Below, one piece after another: positions 16,427-26,572 of a DNA stretch of 64,000 nt. The position numbers and the translations under genes were made by a program. The stretch is taken from assembly GCA_963752915.1 (NCBI GenBank), contig CAVVZZ010000013.1, positions 24,954 to 88,953 of the forward strand. The letters run 5' to 3'. The notes beneath the pieces are model-generated. The model did no database searches and was not told the DNA's origin. It was given only the letters and a program-made list of their open reading frames with translations. Numbering within the stretch: the first letter of the stretch is position 1; every line of letters starts with the position of its first letter. Origin of the DNA: Ignavibacteriota bacterium. GTDB lineage: Bacteria > Bacteroidota > Ignavibacteria > UBA10030 > UBA6906.

Positions 16427-19231
16427 ATGATGAGAATCCCTGGCAGAAATCGGTTTCTAGTCCATCTCATAGTGATCGCGATATTCAGTTGTGCCAGAGC
16501 GTCGACGCAGACGATCGTCGTAACTTCGCTGGACGACTCCGGGCCGGGGACGCTGCGCGAATTAGTGGCGAATGCTGGTGACGGTGCAGTGATCATGTTC
16601 GATCCTACCCTCAAGGGAGAAATAGTACTCGAAACTCGAATTTGGATCGAGCATAACCTGACGATTGTCGGACCTCCATCCAGCTCTTTACAAATCGTCG
16701 GTCTCAACTATATACGCCAGTCAAATTCAGCGCCGCTTCTGGGGATCGACACTTTGAAAACAGTGATATTGCGTCGATTAGTTTTGGTTGGCGGAGCCGA
16801 GGGGACGGTGCCGGGTGGGGGCGGAATCTACAACCGGGGGACTCTCTATCTGGATACGTGCGAAGTCTCTGACTGTTCGCTCTACGGATGGCTGACCCCT
16901 GGATTCACAATGCATGGATCAGGCGTATACAATAGCGGCCTCCTGATTGCGAGCGCAAGTCGGTTCTCCAGAAACACTTTCCAGGGGTTATATAATTCAG
17001 GGTCGGCTCAATTGAAGGATTGCACCTTTTCTGGAAACACGGGCATGGGTGCAGGCATTAACAATGTTGGAACACTCGAGGCGCAAGGATGCGCATTCGC
17101 GGGGAACAGCAACACCGCCATCGACCCGCATGATGGAACGACAATACCGGCGCGCGGCGGCGCAATAAGCAACTCGGGAACGGCTGCGCTTGTCAACTGC
17201 ACCTTGAGCGGTAACTCCGCGTTTGTCGTTGAAGGGATTGCTACAGGCCCCGTCGTAGGCTCGTACTATTACTATGCTCCGGCATACGGAGGCGGGATCT
17301 ATAACAGTGCACTGGGGAAACTGAGCCTCGTCTACTGCACCGTAACGGACAACCGTGCAGACTTTCCCGCGATAGATCACGGGAACGCGTCCGACGGCGG
17401 AGGGATATTCAATGACGGCGGCGAACTGAATCTGCTAAACACAATTGTCGCCCGTAACACCGGGGGAGAACCCGCACGGGACATCGCCGGGCGGACAACG
17501 CTAGCAATTCATTCTCTGATCGGCGAACTCGCCTATCCCGACTCGCTTGTTACCCTTCCTTCAAACAACAATCTCTTCGGCAGTCCGGATCAACCGCTGA
17601 ATCCAATGCTCGACGTCTTCGCCGAACACGGGGGGGAAACTCCGGTATGGTCGTTGGCGAGCGGTAGTCCAGCCATTAATGGAGCACTGTCGGTTGATTC
17701 GGTGACGATTGACCAGCGGGGGTACACGCGGACCATTTCAACCGACATCGGTGCGTATGAGCACGATCCGGCGTTTAGCACCATTCCGCAAACAGTCTCA
17801 TTGATTTCTCCCATCACAAATACCACGATCTCGCCGGATACAAGTATTTTCGTTTGGAGCCGGTCAGTCGGAGCGACGTCGTATCGAATTAGCGTTGCGC
17901 TGGATTCACAGTTTGCTTCGGTGGTGGAGGATCTTAGCGGGATTGCGAACCGATCCATACAGACACCTGCGCTTCCCGGGGATGCCCGGTTGTACTGGCG
18001 GGTCAGAGGGACGAGCTCGTTGGGTGACGGCCAATGGAGCGGCGTCGGACCATTTCTTACTGGGCACAAGCTGTTTATTCCTGACTCGATTCAGATTTTA
18101 GGTCCAGACAGCGCGGTGTATCACACGATGTACATAACCTTCCGGTGGCGAACGGCCAGGAATGCTGAGTCGTATCACGTTCGGCTACAACGGTACGATA
18201 GTTATGGAATTCTACAGACAGTGTCTGAAGTCCCGCAATGTCCGGACACAGCAATCACGCTCGGAGTGGCAGTAAGCAATTGGCAGTACCTCCTGACTGT
18301 CTATGGAGCAAACGCAGAAGCGACAGGCAGGACAACGACACTCACAGTTCGGACTGCCGACATTCCGCCACCTGTACCACCGTCGCTGCAGTTTCCGCCT
18401 GACAGCGCACTCGTCCCCACTGCAGTAATCCTGCGCTGGGCTGACTCCCGGCAGAATACCTATGACTCAGGGTTTGAGTTGCAGGCCGTCACCGACACCG
18501 TTGGCGCTGGCACGTATCATATGTGGTCAGGGCATGACCCGGAGTGCGACCCGGGCAGCCGATATTTCTCATTCCCCGTCGGCCAGACATTCTTCTGGAG
18601 GGTCAGGACGAAGGTCGAAGGAAGATCGGGCAACTACTCGCTCTGGAGACGCTTCACTGTCAGTACGGAACAGCTTCAGCCGCCTCGGCTCCTTGCCCCT
18701 CTCAGTGGTACAGAAGCCCTTCAACTGCCGATTACGTTGACCTGGAGTCCTCAGCCTCAGGCGCGCTCGTTCCACGTACAGGTATCAGCTGCAGCCTCAT
18801 TCGATTCACTGGTATTCGATAGAGTTCTTGATGGGTCACAAACGGGATGTACGGTGAGCAACCTCCGCTCGTCCGGAGTGTACTATTGGAAAGTCGTGGT
18901 AACGAGCTCATCCGGCACGGTTGAAGAATCCGCGATTGCGAATTTTGCGATCGAGGGTCTCTCGCCGGCTCAAGTGACACTGGAGCAGAACTATCCGAAC
19001 CCGTTCAATCCGACGACGAGGATACTTTACAGCGTACCTGGCGCAATGCATGTTACACTGAAGCTGTACAACACTCTGGGGGAGGAAGTGCGCACGCTCG
19101 TGAATCAGGATGTCGGCGCGGGGTGGCATGAGGTGGTCGTCGACGCAAAGGGGTTGGCAAGCGGGTTGTATTTCTACAGGCTGAAGACCCCAGGTTTTGT
19201 CCAGACGAGGAGACTGATTTGTGTGCGGTGA
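16427..19231 (+). CDS. Secreted beta-helix (polymorphic-membrane-protein-like GGxIxN repeats) protein with Ig/FN3-like repeats and T9SS CTD
   Basis: Signal peptide. Repeats GGGIYNRG, GGAISNSG, GGGIYNSA, GGGIFNDG. DQRGYTRTISTDIGAYE motif at the end of the helix domain. CTD EQNYPNPFNPTTRILYS...LYNTLGEEVRTLV...GLYFYRLKT...LICVR. Confidence 0.8.
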   Translation: MMRIPGRNRFLVHLIVIAIFSCARASTQTIVVTSLDDSGPGTLRELVANAGDGAVIMFDPTLKGEIVLETRIWIEHNLTIVGPPSSSLQIVGLNYIRQSNSAPLLGIDTLKTVILRRLVLVGGAEGTVPGGGGIYNRGTLYLDTCEVSDCSLYGWLTPGFTMHGSGVYNSGLLIASASRFSRNTFQGLYNSGSAQLKDCTFSGNTGMGAGINNVGTLEAQGCAFAGNSNTAIDPHDGTTIPARGGAISNSGTAALVNCTLSGNSAFVVEGIATGPVVGSYYYYAPAYGGGIYNSALGKLSLVYCTVTDNRADFPAIDHGNASDGGGIFNDGGELNLLNTIVARNTGGEPARDIAGRTTLAIHSLIGELAYPDSLVTLPSNNNLFGSPDQPLNPMLDVFAEHGGETPVWSLASGSPAINGALSVDSVTIDQRGYTRTISTDIGAYEHDPAFSTIPQTVSLISPITNTTISPDTSIFVWSRSVGATSYRISVALDSQFASVVEDLSGIANRSIQTPALPGDARLYWRVRGTSSLGDGQWSGVGPFLTGHKLFIPDSIQILGPDSAVYHTMYITFRWRTARNAESYHVRLQRYDSYGILQTVSEVPQCPDTAITLGVAVSNWQYLLTVYGANAEATGRTTTLTVRTADIPPPVPPSLQFPPDSALVPTAVILRWADSRQNTYDSGFELQAVTDTVGAGTYHMWSGHDPECDPGSRYFSFPVGQTFFWRVRTKVEGRSGNYSLWRRFTVSTEQLQPPRLLAPLSGTEALQLPITLTWSPQPQARSFHVQVSAAASFDSLVFDRVLDGSQTGCTVSNLRSSGVYYWKVVVTSSSGTVEESAIANFAIEGLSPAQVTLEQNYPNPFNPTTRILYSVPGAMHVTLKLYNTLGEEVRTLVNQDVGAGWHEVVVDAKGLASGLYFYRLKTPGFVQTRRLICVR

Positions 19232-19407
19232 GCTGGCAATTGCTAGTGGCGCAAATCACGAGACTCGCTTCACGCCTTCCCTCGGGTAATGGCCGAACCA
19301 ATAAAAGATGGCAGATAGACTTTGCGGTTTGCTCAGATCGGCACACGTTGGTTCCGGAAGACGCTATCTGCAGTTGCCTTGGAAGCTCCTTCAGGCAAGA
19401 TCACCCT

Positions 19408-21504
19408 ATGAAATCAGTTCGACGTTTCTTCTTTGCGGGACTCTTGGTAGCAACCATGATACCCACCACGTATGCCCAGTGGAAACAGACCGGTGGTCCC
19501 CCGGGAGGTGCAGTCATTTGTTTTGCCGTCTCGGGCACTAACCTCATCGCGGGAACTGGTAGCGGCGTATTTCTTTCGACAAACAATGGCACAAATTGGA
19601 CTGCCAGCAATGCGGGGTTGGCGAACCCTTATGTCCGTTCCCTTGTCGCCTCGGGCGAATATCTGTTTGCTGGGATTGGCGACGATGGCGTGTTTCGTTC
19701 GACCGATAACGGGACGAGCTGGACGGCTGTCAATTCAGGGTTGACTTATAGGATTGTGTCCGCGCTTGCCGTCTGCGGCACAAACCTCCTTGCGGGCACA
19801 GATCTCGGTGTGTTCGTTTCGACCAACAACGGCACAAGCTGGGCCGTAACGGAGTTGACGAATATGTCCGTCTCGTCTTTTGCGGTCTCTGGAGCATATC
19901 TCTTTGCCGGGGCTGGCGGCGGCGTGTTTGTTTCCACCGACAACGGGACACGCTGAACCGATACAGGTGGGCTAACGCACACTGGCGTCTTCGCTCTTGC
20001 GGTCTCGAACACAAATCTCTTTGCGGCCATAGATGGTGGCGGCATGATTGTTTCGAGTAACGACGGCGCGAGCTGGGCTAACGCGGGGTTGTCTGGCACT
20101 TATGTTCAATCTCTTGCGGTCTCGGGCACAAGTCTCTTTGCGGGGACTTGGCTTGGCGGGGTTTTTCTTTCGACCGATAGTGGCACTAGCTGGACAGCGG
20201 TCAATGAAGGCTTGCCGCACGTCGATTACAATATCGTATATGCCCTGGCAGTATCCGGGACAAACCTCTTCGCCGGGAATGGCGATGACGGTGTGTTTCG
20301 TTCGACCAACAATGGCACTACCTGGACTGCCGTCAATACTGGGCTGGCGAACACGGATGTCTTGTCTCTTGCCGTATCGGGAGCAAATCTTTTCGCAGGG
20401 ACGATGTGGGACGGCTTGTTTCTTTCGACCAACAATGGCACCAGCTGGTCAGCCGTAAATGAGGGCTTGCTGACTATCCACTATGATTGGACCTATGCCT
20501 TAGCCGTCTCGGGCACAAGTCTCTTCGCGGGCACAGTTGAGAGCGGCGTGTTTGTTTCGACCAACAACGGCACAACCTGGACAAATACAGGCTTGAATGG
20601 CTTTGGGGTCCTGTCTTTTGCCATGTTGGACACAAATTTCTTTGCCGCGACGAATCTCGGCGGCGTGTTTCTTTCCACAAATGGTGGCGCGAGCTGGGAT
20701 GCTGTCAACACGGGTCTGCACTCCTCTCTTGTCATGGCACTAGCCGTTTCGGGCACAAATCTCTTCGCGGCGAGCGGCGGCGTATATCTATCGACCAATA
20801 ATGGCACTAGCTGGACATCCGCCAATACAGGATTGCCAAATAGTACCGTTTTGTCTCTTGCCGTCTCGGGCTCAAACCTCTTTGCGGGGACCCAGCGAGA
20901 CGGTGTGTATCGCTCGACCGACAATGGTTCAAGCTGGACAGCCGTTAACGCGGGGTTGTCAGACCTTTACAACAATTCTGTCTACACTTTCGCTGTATCG
21001 GGGACGCATCTATTCGCCGGGACTGTCGATGGTGTACATCATTCGACCAACAATGGCGCGACCTGGACAGCCGTCAGCGCTGGGTTGACCAACACACCGG
21101 TTCTTGTCCTTGTAGCCTCGGGTGAAAATCTCTTTGCTGGAACTGCTGGCGGAGGCGTCTGGAGACGTCCCTTGTCGGAAATGATTGCTTCGGTGGAGAT
21201 GACATCGGCTCTTCTCCCGACTGACTTCAATCTCGATCAGAACTACCCCAACCCGTTCAATCCGACAACGAGCATTCGATATACGGTAGCAGGGAACAGG
21301 GAACAGGGGACAAGGAACAGTGACGTTCGGCTGGTGGTCTACGACATGCTCGGAAGAGAAGTGGCGGTGCTTGTGAACGGACGCGAAGCCCCCGGGAGCT
21401 ACGAAGTCTCTTTCGACGGCAGCAAGTTGTCAAGCGGTGTCTATTTGTATCGATTGACAGCGGGATCATCCGCGGCAGTGCGGAAGATGATTCTCGTCAA
21501 GTAG
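19408..21504 (+). pseudogene. BNR-like repeat protein with T9SS CTD, interrupted by one in-frame TGA (19954-19956)
   Basis: ORFs 19219..19956 and 20044..21504 are in the same frame. The likely start is the ATG at 19408 (MKSVRRFFFAGLLVATMIPTTYAQ). The repeat unit is GVF.STNNGTSWT..N.GL...V.SLAVSG.NLFAGT. The TGA falls where the repeat has its conserved Trp codon (NGTR-stop-TDTG versus NGTTWTNTG). Confidence 0.65.
21292..21319 (+). repeat. Four GGGRACA-type heptamers embedded in frame in CTD coding sequence
   Basis: GGGAACA GGGAACA GGGGACA AGGAACA, encoding ...GNREQGTRN... Confidence 0.8.
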
Positions 21505-21513
21505 AAGTTCGTT

Positions 21514-21541
21514 GGTAACAGTGAACAGTGAACAGTAAAGA
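21514..21541. repeat. Heptamer tandem repeat
   Basis: GGTAACA GTGAACA GTGAACA GTAAAGA, starting 10 nt after the stop at 21502-21504. Confidence 0.7.
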
Positions 21542-21571
21542 GCTTTGAAGGCGGCGGCCGATGACTATCCC

Positions 21572-21611
21572 ATGGTCCCCAAGTCCCACCGTCCCAAGGT
21601 GACAAAGTCCC
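21572..21611. repeat. Octamer tandem repeat array (core GTCCC)
   Basis: ATGGTCCC CAAGTCCC ACCGTCCC AAGGTGAC AAAGTCCC. The unit CAAGTCCC is identical to one at 15896..15903. Confidence 0.75.
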
Positions 21612-21996
21612 AATGCATACTCTTCCTCCAAAATAATTCTCTGCAAGAGCTGATTCCGCTCTGATTTCCGCATATTCATCCCCTCCCATTTTCTCCAGAT
21701 CGATCGGCATTTCGGATATATACAATTGGAGCTCGAATAGTCTGGGCGGGATCGATCGGCATGGTATTGCCCATCACTTGACAAGCGTCGATTCGTTCCT
21801 CCGCGTGCGCCCCGGTCTGTTCCTCCCTCCGCCGTTCGCATCACTTTAGACGTCGACTGAGATTTAGCTTTTCGCGCCTCATTGGGCTCGTCCAAGTCCG
21901 GAAGGCGCGTGCTGCCGCTACGGCCTCTCCCGGATTCTTCCTGACGATGCGCCATGTGGCCGATATGACGATCAACTCAAGGAAGATCACAGAACC

Positions 21997-23091
21997 ATGG
22001 ATACCACCCAAACCTCAGACGTTTTCCAGACGCCAGTCAGGCAAGGTAACTCTCGGCTCCTTTCGCTGCCGCCAATCCGGGACGTGATTGTCCGTGGTCT
22101 TCGTGCGCAGGCAACACACAACGAAATTAAACAGCTCGTGAACCTCTTCCATAAGGCCGCGATCGCGTACCTCCGCCCAAAGGCGGCAATGTACCAAAGG
22201 ATGATGGACGGCATGACGCTCGAAGAGGTAGCGCTCGATGCGATCGCCGACCTGTTCGAACAGAGGAGCGGGACCGGCTTTCCGAAACTCGCCTCATGGC
22301 TGAACCGCAACATTTCCATCGAAATGATGTCCGACGATGCCCTCTGGGTGGAATTTCGCAGGATCGTCCTGGGAGCGGTCAATCAACACCTCTATCGGTT
22401 GTTCCGCTATGCCGATCCATCGCTATCAAAGATCCTGAGAAATCTCAAGCTTGCGTTGAAGGCGCATCCACACCTTCAACTCCAGGAGATCAACCGCATT
22501 GCGGCGATCGCGCTCAGAAATGCCGACGACGCGCGACGATCGCTCCCCGAAATCCTCCCCGAGTTTCTTGAGGCGGAGTTCCAGGCGCATCCTTCTTCCG
22601 GGAAATCCCTCAAAGCGATGCTTGAGACCGTCGAGACGGTCCTTCAGGACGAAACCGAATATCGTGATGCGGTGACGTTGACGGTCGTTGCCCTGATGTT
22701 CCGCTCGAAGACGGCCAGTCCTCCGGTTGCGGAATCCATCGACCCCTCATGCGAGGACCTCACTGAGGAAGAGATTGTCGGGATGATTGATGGCACCCTT
22801 GACCGGCTTCGCCCTGCCGCGGTCAGGACGTACCTCCTGACCGCCAAGCTGCAGCGGCCACACCTGGAATCTCATCTGTGTGCACTGCGGGAGATTCTCG
22901 TCAATTCCATCGCAAATGGGGGAGATGGCCCTACCACATATCTCCATACGCTCCAGAAACACGTCCCGGGCATTACCAACCATCAGTACCAAACGAGAGA
23001 TCGCCGGATTCTGGAATACCTTGCGCGACAGGCAAGACGGGAGCTTAAATTAATGGTGATGAAAGATCTCGGGATTTCTGCGCTATCGTAA
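21997..23091 (+). CDS. Hypothetical protein with weak sigma-70/ECF region-2-like N-terminus
   Basis: 364-aa ORF with good third-position GC bias. AAGGAAG lies upstream of the ATG. The segment LVNLFHKAAIAYLRPKAAMYQRMMDGMTLEEVALDAIADLFEQ resembles sigma region 2. No clear region 4 helix-turn-helix was recognised. Confidence 0.35.
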   Translation: MDTTQTSDVFQTPVRQGNSRLLSLPPIRDVIVRGLRAQATHNEIKQLVNLFHKAAIAYLRPKAAMYQRMMDGMTLEEVALDAIADLFEQRSGTGFPKLASWLNRNISIEMMSDDALWVEFRRIVLGAVNQHLYRLFRYADPSLSKILRNLKLALKAHPHLQLQEINRIAAIALRNADDARRSLPEILPEFLEAEFQAHPSSGKSLKAMLETVETVLQDETEYRDAVTLTVVALMFRSKTASPPVAESIDPSCEDLTEEEIVGMIDGTLDRLRPAAVRTYLLTAKLQRPHLESHLCALREILVNSIANGGDGPTTYLHTLQKHVPGITNHQYQTRDRRILEYLARQARRELKLMVMKDLGISALS

Positions 23092-23117
23092 ATTGCGACG
23101 ATAGTCAGGTAGAGGAC

Positions 23118-23342
23118 ATGATGCTCCGACACCACTACACAGAAGAACAGCTCGATACCCTTGCCAGGCGCGGAATAGAGGGGGAGGCGGAACTTCATCT
23201 GCGAAAGTGCCTTCGCTGCAGGATCCTGAACGCCATCTTCAAGACGTTTTACATGAATTTTGCAGGCGAACTGAGAAGCCGTCCGCACACCATCGTCGAT
23301 GATTTCGTCGAAGGGAAATCGCGTCGACGACCTCACCGCTGA
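23118..23342 (+). CDS. Small protein with H-x3-C-x2-C (ZAS/zf-HC2 anti-sigma-like) motif
   Basis: 74 aa. HLRKCLRC at residues 27-34 (nt 23196..23219). Located 27 nt downstream of the sigma-like ORF. Confidence 0.35.
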   Translation: MMLRHHYTEEQLDTLARRGIEGEAELHLRKCLRCRILNAIFKTFYMNFAGELRSRPHTIVDDFVEGKSRRRPHR

Positions 23343-23877
23343 TTCCCGGAAAGACGGATCCTTTCCAGTCTCACCATCTCCTTCCGGTCAGCCCTCACAT
23401 TGCTCCGCAGTACAACCGTCCATCCTTGATTCTTACCACACTGTTTGGTATTCTGATGCCGTGGATGCCTCCTATCTTCGGCATCTGCTCTTTCCTGTTC
23501 TCCCTGGCAAAAAAAAGAGTCAGTGTCGCGGACTTCATGCTCCGCCCTGGCTTGCTGGGTGTTCTCCTGAACGATGTAGCCCTGCCTGACACCTTCGGGA
23601 GAATGCCGTGCCGATTGGGGCGACAACCCGGTATCTTTTTCCGGAGCACTGTCGCATCGTGCCGGGTCACCGACGAATTTCTCAAGGAGTGATCGACCGT
23701 TTTTCGGCAGCACACCCATTCTCACCTGTAAAGACGCCGCCCTTTGTCGTTTCCCAGATTTTCTGCTGCCGGAAGACGTCCGCCACTCTGTTCAACCCTT
23801 GTTCTCTGATGCTGGAGGATTGCTTCCCGCCGTCCAGCGAATGCACGATCATTCAATCTGAATTGGAGGGCCTCACG

Positions 23878-24756
23878 ATGGAGTTACCGAACACCTTCGC
23901 ACCGACGGATACGACAGGCCAACCGGCGAGGTCTCAACTCAAATCCAGGCCGGCAGTCGGACTACTCTGGATCTTTTTTCTCCTTGTCGGCCTCGGGAGC
24001 CTCTGCTACTTCATTCTTCTCCAGTTCCCGTTCATCGAGCGACATTTTCCTGGCGGGAATGTGCCGGCTGTCGCGGCCGCGGGGATCATCCTCGTGTTTG
24101 TTCTCCGGCTGATCGATTCAGCGATGGAAGGAAGGCTGTTCCTCGCCCTCGCAAAGATCCTCTTCTGGGGATTCCCGACTGTCGTCGGGACAGCGAAAGC
24201 ACTCCCGCTCTGGTATGAATTCGATCGCATCAAGGGTCTGCATCCCGAGGATTTGACCGACAAGCAGAAGGAACGCCTGGCGTACCTGGACAACTATCTC
24301 CTCGGTCACTATGTCCAGCACGGGTATGAGTCGGATCTGAAATTTAAGCGTCCTTTTTCCAGCTGGATGGTGGCGGAAGTAGTACCGCATTACGAGAATA
24401 ATGTCGAAGCCCTGGCATATTTCGGTGCAGCGTTCCTGATCGTGGTCGTCGGCCTTCGCGGCATCAACTATATCACGAAGGATAATCCCGAACCGATCAT
24501 CCTCAGTCTCTTTGTGGAATTCTCGATCATCGGCCTCCTCGGCCTGCTGAAGTTCTTCAAGCCCGAGCGTTCCGATATCGGAGAAGGAGGACTGCCGACG
24601 GTCCCGTCCATGAGCGATCTGCTGAAGCTCCGGGCCACGGTCGAAAAGTTACTGAACGACCATCAACGACTCTCCACCGATGTGACATCCATCGACAAGG
24701 GACTGCAGGATCTGCGCGGCGGGCTGGATCGCATCGGCGGACCAAAGCGCCAATGA
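23878..24756 (+). CDS. Inner-membrane protein with 5 predicted TM helices. The C-terminal TM hairpin plus coiled-coil tail is reminiscent of GldL/PorL.
   Basis: ATG at 23878, 8 nt after GGAGGG, inside ORF 23608..24756. Hairpin EALAYFGAAFLIVVVGLRGINYI ... PIILSLFVEFSIIGLLGLLKFFKPE, with a membrane-embedded Glu. Tail SMSDLLKLRATVEKLLNDHQRLSTDVTSIDKGLQDLRGGLDRI. Confidence 0.45.
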   Translation: MELPNTFAPTDTTGQPARSQLKSRPAVGLLWIFFLLVGLGSLCYFILLQFPFIERHFPGGNVPAVAAAGIILVFVLRLIDSAMEGRLFLALAKILFWGFPTVVGTAKALPLWYEFDRIKGLHPEDLTDKQKERLAYLDNYLLGHYVQHGYESDLKFKRPFSSWMVAEVVPHYENNVEALAYFGAAFLIVVVGLRGINYITKDNPEPIILSLFVEFSIIGLLGLLKFFKPERSDIGEGGLPTVPSMSDLLKLRATVEKLLNDHQRLSTDVTSIDKGLQDLRGGLDRIGGPKRQ

Positions 24757-24769
24757 AGGGTCGACCCAT

Positions 24770-25408
24770 ATGAAAATCGGAATCTATTTTCTCTTTTACG
24801 TGGCGATGATCCTTGAGCTTCTCACCTTCATCGTCGAACGGGACGAGGCAATCGAGAACGCCTCCTCCAAGGGACGCGACCTGGACACTCTTGCCCAGAA
24901 TCTGGCAGTGGAATACTCCCAACCGCTGATTCTTCATGCCCATAGTCCTTCACCCGTGGCCGGATCCCAGGCCTCCGGAAATCAGCCGGCGGAGATGAAG
25001 GCCTACGTGGCGATCAGCAACCTGTGGTCGACAGCCGAAAAGGACTCGCTGGACGTCACGGTCATTCGCGTCGCCGGGATCGGTGCCAGGTCCCGGGATA
25101 CCTCGCTTCTGCATCGCGGAAAACTCGGCCGATCGATCGGGAAGGACAGCGTGTACATCGATCCGAAGACGTTCGGCTTTTTCTACCTGCGGCGCCAGTC
25201 GCGGGAGATCGCATCGGCGTTCAACGACACGGTGTTCGTCCAGTGTGAGACGGTCCGGTGTCCACCCGGGAATTATCCCGACTCCTTAAAGGGCATGTTA
25301 CTGACGAAACTCAGAGAAGAGTCCGGGCTGGGTCGTTCTCTGATTGTGAAGAGCAACAGCGAATTCATCAACTTTCGTTCAACCGGTACCCGACATCACG
25401 TGGAATAA
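24770..25408 (+). CDS. Bitopic membrane protein (N-terminal TM helix with embedded Glu, periplasmic C-terminal domain), possibly GldM/PorM-like
   Basis: MKIGIYFLFYVAMILELLTFIVERDEA... Starts 14 nt after the previous stop. 212 aa. Confidence 0.35.
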   Translation: MKIGIYFLFYVAMILELLTFIVERDEAIENASSKGRDLDTLAQNLAVEYSQPLILHAHSPSPVAGSQASGNQPAEMKAYVAISNLWSTAEKDSLDVTVIRVAGIGARSRDTSLLHRGKLGRSIGKDSVYIDPKTFGFFYLRRQSREIASAFNDTVFVQCETVRCPPGNYPDSLKGMLLTKLREESGLGRSLIVKSNSEFINFRSTGTRHHVE

Positions 25409-25411
25409 TTC

Positions 25412-26572
25412 ATGGCCCTCACGAATTGTAGGGACACATCTACGGCCGGCCGGAGATCAGCGCTTTCTCTCGCCGTGCTCTGTTCGACTGCGCTTGCCCT
25501 CGTGCTTGTCATGGAGCAGAGCCCTGCGCAGAAAAGCCGCCCCGTCTTTCAGGACAGTATTGACGTGATCGTCGGTACTCCGGTCACAGTGAAAGACCGA
25601 TTGCGGAGCTGGAGCTCCAGCTTTGGGACTCTCCGGTATCAGGTCGCCATCTTCCGGGATCCGAATTTCCGGGATCAGGTGAGCACGAGCACGTGGGAGC
25701 GCGACAAATCGTACCTGAGTGATCCCGGGGCGTACAATATCAAGATTGTCGACACATTGGAGAGCGCTGGAAAGTTCTATCTCCGGCGTGTTGCCCGGGG
25801 GCCGGATGAAATCGGGGAACAACAGGAGGCGACAGCATACTGGGTCCTCAATGCACATTGGCCGTCACTGGCAACAACGCCACATACGGCGTTCGTCTTC
25901 GGCCAATCCGCCATCGTCAACTTCGCAGCGGGGCATCTCAATTATGCGAACTATGGCTATCGCGTGTCCCGATCGAGCGATATGACCCCGGTCCTGTCCG
26001 GCGCCGGCTCCGTCGTGCGCATAGACTCCCTCTGGGGGATCGATGAAGATCTCCAGGATACGGCGTACGTCGTCGAGGGGCTCTATGCCGGGAAGACGTT
26101 CAACTACCGCAACGAATCGACCGATTCCATTGAAACATCTTCGTGGCGCCTGAGCGTATCGATCCCGTCCACGCCGGCCAACGTGTCGCTCTGGGTCCCT
26201 GCGGCGAAGCCCGGCGATCGATTGAACCTTCTCGATGTTTCGTTGCAGACGGGTTGGTTGACCAGCCGGCAGTTCCGGTTCATCTTTGAAACGCCCGTCG
26301 GAACAAGTTCCATCTATGTCCGGCCGCGGACCACGCAACAGATTGTCCGAAGCATCCCGGAGGAGTTTCTCCTTCCCGGAAATCCCGCGACGTGGACGAA
26401 CATGGGGGACTGGAGGATTGCCACCATCAATGTGAACCCGGCATTCCTGCGCGGCTATTCCGCCAAGACTCCTGCCACCGTCTCGCTCAACGTCGAGTTT
26501 CGGGATCAGTGGGGCCGGCAATTCCGGCAGACGTATGCAGCCAAGGTCTTTTCTTCGGAGTATGAGAAATGA
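25412..26572 (+). CDS. Hypothetical signal-anchored/periplasmic protein
   Basis: Starts 3 nt after the previous stop. N-terminus RRSALSLAVLCSTALALVLVM. The remainder is rich in beta-strand-type sequence. No motif recognised. Confidence 0.5.
   Translation: MALTNCRDTSTAGRRSALSLAVLCSTALALVLVMEQSPAQKSRPVFQDSIDVIVGTPVTVKDRLRSWSSSFGTLRYQVAIFRDPNFRDQVSTSTWERDKSYLSDPGAYNIKIVDTLESAGKFYLRRVARGPDEIGEQQEATAYWVLNAHWPSLATTPHTAFVFGQSAIVNFAAGHLNYANYGYRVSRSSDMTPVLSGAGSVVRIDSLWGIDEDLQDTAYVVEGLYAGKTFNYRNESTDSIETSSWRLSVSIPSTPANVSLWVPAAKPGDRLNLLDVSLQTGWLTSRQFRFIFETPVGTSSIYVRPRTTQQIVRSIPEEFLLPGNPATWTNMGDWRIATINVNPAFLRGYSAKTPATVSLNVEFRDQWGRQFRQTYAAKVFSSEYEK

Noticed and set aside
19954-19956. Alternative genetic code (UGA read as Trp or Gly) as the explanation for the in-frame TGA at a Trp position
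   Set aside because: TGA ends other genes at sensible positions. Examples are 13483-13485, right after a complete CTD terminus ...LLVR, and also 28111-28113, 29605-29607 and 41242-41244. The standard code therefore applies, and the TGA is a mutation, an error or a leaky stop.
23426-23692. 88-aa ORF with a hydrophobic N-terminus (ILTTLFGILMPWMPPIFGICSFLFSL) in the 535-bp spacer upstream of the envelope module
   Set aside because: It has a TTG start, no ribosome-binding site and no recognisable family. It could be a real small membrane protein, but the sequence alone does not support calling it. Worth rechecking with comparative data.
23878-26572. Calling the module a canonical gldKLMN/porKLMN T9SS core
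   Set aside because: There is no GldK-like lipoprotein upstream, and the second protein is far shorter than GldM. The following genes do not resemble GldN as far as I can judge. The module is therefore reported only as GldL/GldM-like.
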